Below are positions 17,719-24,296 of a DNA stretch of 33,494 bases, piece after piece. Within the stretch, counting starts at the first letter, position 1; each line of letters opens with the position of its first letter. Source of the stretch: Candidatus Bathyarchaeia archaeon (GTDB taxonomy: Archaea; Thermoproteota; Bathyarchaeia; Bathyarchaeales; Bathycorpusculaceae); contig JBGPAV010000001.1 in NCBI GenBank assembly GCA_041480925.1, positions 1-33,494 on the forward strand, in the 5' to 3' direction. The notes beneath the pieces are model-generated. The model was not told the DNA's origin. It did no database searches and worked only from the letters and a program-made list of their open reading frames with translations. The position numbers and the translations under genes are program-made.

Positions 17719-19326
17719 TTAGTCAAGTATTCTCTCGATGGCATCCTTTTCTACTTCGTCTGCCATCGGTATACCCGTGACTCTTGCTGCGGTTTCATTC
17801 AAGCTCATCAAATCATTTCTGCTGATGAGGTCCAGCTTCCATCTTCTGCTACCTGCTAGCAGCTGTTTTAGGCCAACACCTATGCGATCCGTCAGGTACG
17901 TGTGGACTGCTATGGCTTCCCATGGTATTTCTTTGAAGCGTTCGCCGTACTTTGCTTTCAGCTCTGGAGTAGCAATGAAGAACTTTTCAGGTGTAGAGCC
18001 AAATCTGTCAGCGAAAGTTTTAGGCAATTTGCCTTCTTCAGCCAATTGCTTGAAGTAGCTTCCCTTGAATGCTGCTGTTATCGGTGAGCGTCCCATCAGG
18101 ACTGCCTTGACAAAAGGTCCGTTGCCAAAGTTGCTCAGCGCGATGGACTTGTAGATTTGGGTTTCGTTGATGAAGCCTCCAGCCATGATTAGGTCAGGAA
18201 CGTATCTGCCCTTCTTCTTTAGCAGTTGTGCACATCTTAGAACTATGGCTTGCAGATAGACTGTTGGAATGCTCATTTCGTCCATCATTGGCACTGGGCT
18301 CATGCCTGTTCCGCCTCCTGCTCCGTCGAAGTATACTGCGTCGATTTTCGCTTCTGACGCCATCTTCATTGTGTACGCACAGGCTACGGGTCTGTATGCG
18401 CCAGTTTTGAGCGTTACATGCTTTGCGCCTTGTTTTCTCAGCCATTCTATGTCTTCTACGAAGCTTTTCTGCTTCGGTATGCCTACCCTGCTGTGCCTTT
18501 CGAAGGTTTTGAAGACTCCTTCTTTGAAGGCTTGCTGTATTACCGGGTCTTCTGGATCTGGAATCACTATGTAGCCTCTTTTCTTCAGCATAATAGCTTT
18601 CTCAAGGTCTCTTACTCGGACTTCGCCGCCTATGGCCTTTGCGCCTTGTCCCCACTTTCTTTCTATGACATTCACTTCCAGTTTCGAGATTGCGTAGACG
18701 TCAACTCCTAGCCTTTGGTCTTCGACGTTTGTTTGCACGGCTATTTCTCCGTATTTTCCGTCCCAGAACTTTCGGAATAAGTCTACTCTTCGCTTCAGTT
18801 CTTTCGAGTAGGTGACTTTGCCATTTGTTATCTGTGCTTCTGGATCCATGCCGCAGACGTTTTCGCCAACTATCACTGATACTCCTGAGAGAGCTGAGCC
18901 TATGGCTAGGCCTTCCCAGTTTAGTCTTGCGACGTCGGTTGAGCCGAAGGCACCGCATAGTACTGGCACTTTTAAAGGTACGCCTCCGACTTTGGTTTCT
19001 GTGCTTGCATTCGGGAAGGTGGCTACGTCAGAATTCTCCTCTATGCCTAGAACCTCGAATAGGCCTGCTTGAATGTTGAAGTGGGACCAGTCTAGTCCAA
19101 AGTCTTTGAGGGCTCCTGCTGTGCTGTAGCCAAATTGGGCTGGTTCTGGGTAGAGGGCTTCTCTTCCTCTGAAGGCAGATAGGCTGATTTCGCATAGGAC
19201 CGGACAGTCTCGGATGCATATGGGGCACATTCCGCTCGTTGGGCTTGTGTCTTTTACTCTTGTTGTTGTTCCACAAGTTGATTTTCCGTTCAAATAGGCA
19301 CTGTTTCTATGTACACGTTCACTCAT
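17719..19326 (-). CDS. Glutamate synthase FMN-binding-domain protein (GltB domain 2-like, stand-alone) with an N-terminal Cys cluster
   Basis: DGAGGGTGMSP (FMN-domain signature), TIM-barrel-like length, and an N-terminal CPICIRDCPVLC (CxxCxxxCxxxC). GGAGAGG lies upstream of the ATG. Confidence 0.8.
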   Translation of the reverse strand: MSERVHRNSAYLNGKSTCGTTTRVKDTSPTSGMCPICIRDCPVLCEISLSAFRGREALYPEPAQFGYSTAGALKDFGLDWSHFNIQAGLFEVLGIEENSDVATFPNASTETKVGGVPLKVPVLCGAFGSTDVARLNWEGLAIGSALSGVSVIVGENVCGMDPEAQITNGKVTYSKELKRRVDLFRKFWDGKYGEIAVQTNVEDQRLGVDVYAISKLEVNVIERKWGQGAKAIGGEVRVRDLEKAIMLKKRGYIVIPDPEDPVIQQAFKEGVFKTFERHSRVGIPKQKSFVEDIEWLRKQGAKHVTLKTGAYRPVACAYTMKMASEAKIDAVYFDGAGGGTGMSPVPMMDEMSIPTVYLQAIVLRCAQLLKKKGRYVPDLIMAGGFINETQIYKSIALSNFGNGPFVKAVLMGRSPITAAFKGSYFKQLAEEGKLPKTFADRFGSTPEKFFIATPELKAKYGERFKEIPWEAIAVHTYLTDRIGVGLKQLLAGSRRWKLDLISRNDLMSLNETAARVTGIPMADEVEKDAIERILD

Positions 19327-19413
19327 TCTTTCCTCTCCTTTACATCCGCAAATTTTTAGAGGATAGGAGTAATCTACGTTAGAATTTAAATATTGCCTTA
19401 AAACCTCTCAAAA

Positions 19414-19433
19414 ATGAACATGTATGAACATGG
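19414..19433. promoter_or_regulatory. Tandem 10-nt repeat ATGAACATGT/ATGAACATGG (two TGAACAT heptads), upstream of the GltS-like gene
   Basis: It lies 88-107 nt upstream of ATG 19326 (minus strand), distal to an AATATTTAAAT TATA-like box at about 19383-19394. It shares the 12-mer ATGTATGAACAT with 20295-20306. Confidence 0.5.
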
Positions 19434-19448
19434 AAACTCTCGCAATCA

Positions 19449-20198
19449 TCAGTCTATTAGAATCCTGATCTTGGAGCCTTTCACAGTGTATTCGTGACGC
19501 TGGAAAGTTTTCGAGTCATAACGCCAGCCAGCCTCTTTGACTTCAATAAATCTCTTAGCTCCTTCTTTGGACAATTCGATAACTACCTGTGTGATATGTT
19601 CGATAAGAGCGCAGAACTCTTTAGGGTGGGCATTCTTTGCGAGCGTCCAACTGGCCAACGTGTTATAGGCATACAGTGCAGGGCAAACGTGAGCGAAGAA
19701 TCCTTTAACCGTCTCGCGTCCCCAAACCTGCTCCATCAATGACAAGCTGTTGAAAACAAGCCTCGTACCTGATGTTACGAATTCCCTTTCAACTCTTCCG
19801 AAGAATCTATGGAATTGTTCAGGGTCTTTTGAGCTCGGGACTTTTCTAATCCAAGATGGTGCCTTATCGTAGAAGTCACTGAATATAAGTTCACCTTGGC
19901 CAGAGGATTCAGAGAAACAGTCCAAAACAAGAAGCTTGCTTTCCCATCCTGATGGAAAAGTCTCGATCAAAGGTTTCAGCTGCAACATCAGGGCCTGTGG
20001 AGGATATAAGAAATCAAGATATATAACTTGGCTTCCTTCAACTATGCCTTGTTTGATGAAAGCATAAATGAATTCACACGCAAGTGTTCCAGACTCAATT
20101 TCCCATAAAACGTTTTCACCCAAGAAAAGGCCGCCGCCGAGAAGCTCATCCAACGTCTCTATTCCTGTTGACAGCATTTGATTTCCTTGTTTATTCAC
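19449..20198 (-). CDS. KaiC/RecA-fold protein lacking a Walker A P-loop (probable pseudo-ATPase)
   Basis: STGIETLDELLGGGL..G matches the KaiC/RadA-like N-terminus. The position of GxxGxGKT reads IESGTLAC. LLVLD (Walker B-like) is retained. Confidence 0.6.
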   Translation of the reverse strand: MNKQGNQMLSTGIETLDELLGGGLFLGENVLWEIESGTLACEFIYAFIKQGIVEGSQVIYLDFLYPPQALMLQLKPLIETFPSGWESKLLVLDCFSESSGQGELIFSDFYDKAPSWIRKVPSSKDPEQFHRFFGRVEREFVTSGTRLVFNSLSLMEQVWGRETVKGFFAHVCPALYAYNTLASWTLAKNAHPKEFCALIEHITQVVIELSKEGAKRFIEVKEAGWRYDSKTFQRHEYTVKGSKIRILID

Positions 20199-20260
20199 CT
20201 TGGGTCTCCGTCTTTTGAATGATATCTAGGCGATAAAAACGTTTAGGTGTGTCGAGGGCT

Positions 20261-20306
20261 GTTCAATGGTGTACATAATGTACATAACGTTTCTATGTAT
20301 GAACAT
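20261..20306. promoter_or_regulatory. Composite element GTTCAA-n3-TGTACAT-n2-TGTACAT-n14-TGAACAT in the divergent KaiC-like/gdh2 intergenic region
   Basis: It has the same architecture and the same 9-nt heptad phasing as 22151-22186. The outer GTTCA...TGAAC arms are inverted. Confidence 0.55.
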
Positions 20307-20345
20307 TGCCTTATGTATCTTGCACAAAATGGAGGAATGAAGTAA

Positions 20346-22133
20346 ATGCTAACTTCAGTAGAGTTGTCAGGAAGAGAACTTGGAATGATAAAACTGATGG
20401 CTGACTTTTTCGTTGAAAAACCCGAGTTAACCGCAAAAATCGAGAGCTACACAACAGCCTACTATGCCCTCATGACTACATATTCAGAGAACTTTGGAAT
20501 TCCGACAGAAGATGCATGGAAGACGTTCGAGGAGCTTGAAAAGAAACTCGATGGGGCAAAAGACATACGTGTCGAGGCGCCGTCACCTATCAAGAAATGG
20601 TACTCGTTGTCTACGGAAGAAATAAACATGATCCGCGTGCTGATTGACTACTTCTCAGAGAATCCCAAAATGACTCCCACAAGCTCGTTCATTGCCAACA
20701 GGTCAGAATCTATCATCGAAGCCTACAAATGGTTTTTCGGAACAACTGAAGGTAATGGCGAATACGCAAGGGAAAGCTTCAACAACCTAATGGAAAAGAT
20801 ACAAGCTGCAACATCAATCAAACTCGACACATTAGCTCCAGTCATGGCCACGCCAAACCCTTACGAAGCTGTCCTGCAGCTTCTGCAGCTCGCCGCAAAG
20901 AAGCTGAACCTAGACCCAGGATTGCATGAAATGCTGAAGCGCCCAATGAGAACTCTCATCGTCAACATCCCAATAACGATGGACGATGGAAGCATACAAG
21001 TCTTCACTGGCTACCGTGTACAATACAATGACTTGCTAGGTCCAACGAAGGGCGGCATAAGATATCACCCAGAACTGACGCTGGACGAAGTCATAGCTTT
21101 GTCCGCTTGGATGACCTTCAAGACTGCGGTAACAGGTCTGCCTCTTGGAGGCGGCAAGGGCGGAATACGCTGCAATCCGAAAGAGATGTCTCAAAATGAG
21201 CTAGAAAGACTGACCAGAGGCTATGCCCGTGCTATGGTGCGCTTCATAGGACCACACCGCGATGTGCCGGCACCTGACGTGTACACAGACGCTCAGACAA
21301 TGGCCTGGATAATGGATGAATACAGCGAAATGGTAGGATACAATGTTTTCGGAGTAGTCACTGGAAAACCAGTGCATGTCGGCGGTTCACTGGGCAGGAA
21401 TGAGGCAACGTCCAGAGGCGTGATGTACACTGTTATCGAGGCTGCAGAGCATCTCGGCATAAAGCTGAAAGGTTCTACAGTGGCAGTGCAGGGCTACGGC
21501 AACGTTGGATACCATGCTGCTCGGCTGCTCAATGAAATCGGATGCAAGATCATAGCAGTCTCAGATTCAAAAGGCGGAATCTACAATCCGAAAGGATTTG
21601 ATCCAATGAAAGCCTTAGAACACAAGAACCGAACTGGCTCTGTCGTTGACTTTGAAGACTGCAAGAACATAACGAATGAAGAACTGCTAGAAGTGGAATG
21701 CGACATTCTCGTTCCATCTGCTCTAGAGAGCCAAATCATCAAGGCCAATGCAGATAAGATCAAGGCAAAGATAGTTGCAGAAGGCGCAAATGGACCAACC
21801 ACACCAGAAGCAGACGAAATACTGTTCAAAAATGGAATCTTCGTCATCCCAGATATCCTAGCAAACTCTGGCGGTGTGATTGTCAGCTACTTCGAGCAGG
21901 TGCAGAACCAGATGAACTACTACTGGCCCGAAGACGAAGTGCGGGAGAAACTGAAAAACACGATAACCAAAGCATTCAAGGATGTTCTGGCAATATCTCA
22001 GCAGTACAACGTGAACATGCGTGTGGCTGCCTACATGAGCGCAGTCAAGAGAGTCACTGATGCCATGCTTACTCGCAAGCACAAAACAGTCAGCCCAATC
22101 CCCGAACCAAAGGCAACAGTTCAAAGCAAATGA
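20346..22133 (+). CDS. Glutamate dehydrogenase paralog with a 166-aa N-terminal extension (two tandem RHH-like repeats)
   Basis: The GDH core carries KGGIRYHP, GGGKGG and VAVQGYGNVG. The frame is continuous from ATG 20346 (GGAGG at 20331-20335). An in-frame ATG at 20844 sits at the start of the GDH core. Confidence 0.9.
   Translation: MLTSVELSGRELGMIKLMADFFVEKPELTAKIESYTTAYYALMTTYSENFGIPTEDAWKTFEELEKKLDGAKDIRVEAPSPIKKWYSLSTEEINMIRVLIDYFSENPKMTPTSSFIANRSESIIEAYKWFFGTTEGNGEYARESFNNLMEKIQAATSIKLDTLAPVMATPNPYEAVLQLLQLAAKKLNLDPGLHEMLKRPMRTLIVNIPITMDDGSIQVFTGYRVQYNDLLGPTKGGIRYHPELTLDEVIALSAWMTFKTAVTGLPLGGGKGGIRCNPKEMSQNELERLTRGYARAMVRFIGPHRDVPAPDVYTDAQTMAWIMDEYSEMVGYNVFGVVTGKPVHVGGSLGRNEATSRGVMYTVIEAAEHLGIKLKGSTVAVQGYGNVGYHAARLLNEIGCKIIAVSDSKGGIYNPKGFDPMKALEHKNRTGSVVDFEDCKNITNEELLEVECDILVPSALESQIIKANADKIKAKIVAEGANGPTTPEADEILFKNGIFVIPDILANSGGVIVSYFEQVQNQMNYYWPEDEVREKLKNTITKAFKDVLAISQQYNVNMRVAAYMSAVKRVTDAMLTRKHKTVSPIPEPKATVQSK
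21249..21316. repeat. Partner of 17153-17220 (67/68 identity, inverted)
   Basis: Same evidence as for 17153-17220. Confidence 0.9.
21741..21815. repeat. Partner of 16642-16716 (74/75 identity, inverted)
   Basis: Same evidence as for 16642-16716. Confidence 0.9.
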
Positions 22134-22139
22134 CTTCCC

Positions 22140-22145
22140 TTTTTT
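22140..22145 (+). terminator. T6 tract 7 nt after the gdh2 stop, a candidate terminator
   Basis: TGA 22131-22133 is followed by CTTCCCTTTTTTC. This places the next gene under its own promoter. Confidence 0.4.
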
Positions 22146-22150
22146 CTATT

Positions 22151-22186
22151 GTTCAACGTGTACATTGTGTACATGTCTGTGAACAT
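22151..22186. promoter_or_regulatory. Composite element GTTCAA-n3-TGTACAT-n2-TGTACAT-n5-TGAACAT upstream of the RHH-protein gene
   Basis: The heptads start at 22159, 22168 and 22180. The second TGTACAT ends 54 nt before ATG 22228, compared with 61 nt for the gdh2 copy. Confidence 0.55.
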
Positions 22187-22227
22187 GTTTAAGAGACACC
22201 ATTTTAACAGACTGTCTAGGGAAAAGA

Positions 22228-24162
22228 ATGTCTGTTCATCTCCATACTACTCTGAGAAAGAAAACAGATGACATGATTGAGGAATTGGCGAAGACTTACG
22301 GAACCAAGAGCCGAGTCATTGAACAAGCAATCGAGACGCTACTCAGAGTTGAAAGAGTCGGCTCCTGCGAGGACTGCGCAATAAAAGCAAAGATGAATGA
22401 ACAAGTGAACCTAAGAGAAGCTCTGGACTTAACGTCAATTGGAAGGAAAATGGCTGACAGTCTTCTGGAAGTGGCGGTCGGAGACAAGACAGTTCAGGAT
22501 TTTATTGCCGAGGAAAGGACGGAGGCAAAGAACACTATTGAGGTTCTAAAAGGTTCAATGGCGTGGAAAGCCCCCTCCAACTTCAAAGAGTTCATGACGA
22601 TTTTCGAAGAATTGATGAGTCTGACTCGGCTTTTCGAAATCGCTTCTCACAGTGAGATGGAAAACACGATAATCCTGAGACCGCGCGTCTTCAAACGCCT
22701 GCCTGAGCTTGTTGCCTTTCAATTGGCGGTCATACTTGAAGGTCTGCAGATATCTTTCGACATAAGAATAATGGGAGAAGATGTCGCTATCAAGTTAACA
22801 AGACAAGAACTCTACGCCATGAGGAAGAAGGAGTTTGGCGAAATATTCAATGAACAAATCGAGAGAAGACTTTCTGATTCTACCCCGGGGCTTTTCAGGG
22901 ATACTTTGATCCTGGTCGGACCGGCCTTCATGAACTGGGCCGAAAAACATCTTGAGGAACCTATAACCGATCTAAGCTCGTTCATAGAAGATGTGAAAAC
23001 CGTTCTTGGCAAGGACGAGCTTCCATCCCAGCCTAGAGAATTTGTGAAAAGCCTGTTATCTGCGTTTATAAAAATGAACTGGTTTAAGCAAGCAAAGATA
23101 CTGCAAGAAGTTGATGAGAAGACTCTGGATTTGTCTTTTCAAGCAACTATGCCTTCAGTCGCCAAACTTGCGATTCTAGTGTTGTCAGTCATATTTGCGA
23201 CCCGTGGTTGGAAAGTTGTGAAATTCTCCGCTGAACACACGTCAGTCAATCTTACGATCCAATTCGTCGGTTTGGAAGATCAAAGCTTGCTTGATCAGGT
23301 GGTTGAGCTTAGCCTCTATCAAACCGTAGGCAAGCAATTCCTAGACGTTATGCCAGTTCCAAGAGAAGTTTTCAACTCTTTTGCTTCCAAAGTCTACGAA
23401 ACTGATAAGGAGAGATTCTCTGAAATATACCGAAATATGGGCGTTGGGGTTGCCAGTGCCGTCCGCCTACTTGCAAGAAATGACCCGGGGAAAATCAAAA
23501 AGTTGTCTCAAACACTTATCCTCAAGAACCTAGGGTCTATGCAGCCTGATGCGGAGATCCGGTTTGTCGATGATGAACATTTTACCATAATTTTCAAGAA
23601 AATCGACTTTCTGGTTGTCAATAGCCAACGTACTTTCATCGAATCTCTGTTCAAAGAACTTGGATACGAAATCTCGACGACGGTTTTCCAGAACCTATTG
23701 AGCTTCAAGCTCAAACCATTGGAGAAACCGATTCTTGAACCTGTGCCCACAAAGAAGATAATGCAGAGCCTGATAGGCGAGATGTCTGCAAATTCCTGTG
23801 ATGAAGCTTTTGAATTGATAAAAGAGCAGCTTGATCAAATGTTTCCAGAAGATTATCCATGGACCTTAAAAGAGGTTGGCGATAGGCTCATCGAGATATA
23901 CCGCGAAATAGGGATAGAAGTTGAAATCGAGTATTTCGAAGGAGGCTTCACACTCAAGTACAGGACATGTCCGTACTACAAATTGGTTAAATCTGGACAG
24001 AAGACGTGGCTTTGTAATCTTCGCAAGAAGACGATAGATTACATCCTTTTGCGAGTTTCACATGGAAAGAAGGCAAAGATAAAGATCATCAAGTCCTTGC
24101 TCAAGAATGAACATCCTTGCGAATATGCCGTGTTCTTAACAGGGTTCTTGGAAGAGGAATAG
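22228..24162 (+). CDS. 644-aa protein of unknown function: N-terminal ribbon-helix-helix DNA-binding domain plus four V4R-like modules (the last is Cys-containing)
   Basis: VHLHTTLRKKTDDMIEELAKTYGTKSRVIEQAIETLL fits the beta-alpha-alpha RHH pattern (CopG/Arc-like). The C-terminal TCPYY..WLCN..HPCEY resembles V4R-type ligand-binding domains. The family assignment is tentative. Confidence 0.5.
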   Translation: MSVHLHTTLRKKTDDMIEELAKTYGTKSRVIEQAIETLLRVERVGSCEDCAIKAKMNEQVNLREALDLTSIGRKMADSLLEVAVGDKTVQDFIAEERTEAKNTIEVLKGSMAWKAPSNFKEFMTIFEELMSLTRLFEIASHSEMENTIILRPRVFKRLPELVAFQLAVILEGLQISFDIRIMGEDVAIKLTRQELYAMRKKEFGEIFNEQIERRLSDSTPGLFRDTLILVGPAFMNWAEKHLEEPITDLSSFIEDVKTVLGKDELPSQPREFVKSLLSAFIKMNWFKQAKILQEVDEKTLDLSFQATMPSVAKLAILVLSVIFATRGWKVVKFSAEHTSVNLTIQFVGLEDQSLLDQVVELSLYQTVGKQFLDVMPVPREVFNSFASKVYETDKERFSEIYRNMGVGVASAVRLLARNDPGKIKKLSQTLILKNLGSMQPDAEIRFVDDEHFTIIFKKIDFLVVNSQRTFIESLFKELGYEISTTVFQNLLSFKLKPLEKPILEPVPTKKIMQSLIGEMSANSCDEAFELIKEQLDQMFPEDYPWTLKEVGDRLIEIYREIGIEVEIEYFEGGFTLKYRTCPYYKLVKSGQKTWLCNLRKKTIDYILLRVSHGKKAKIKIIKSLLKNEHPCEYAVFLTGFLEEE

Positions 24163-24254
24163 GCCATCTTGATTCCCCCCTCTTCTGGCCTAGGCCGTGT
24201 ATCTCAGATTCGAGGCGCGCGCGGTTAGGCTCATTTTCTAGTGCTGTAAGCATT

Positions 24255-24274
24255 TATTAGTTGACTAACTAATA
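24255..24274. promoter_or_regulatory. Perfect 8+4+8 palindrome TATTAGTT-GACT-AACTAATA upstream of rfcS (TATA-like, possible operator)
   Basis: It lies 23-42 nt upstream of TTG 24297. GAGGAG at 24281-24286 follows it. Confidence 0.3.
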
Positions 24275-24296
24275 GATTCTGAGGAGATTTTCAGCA

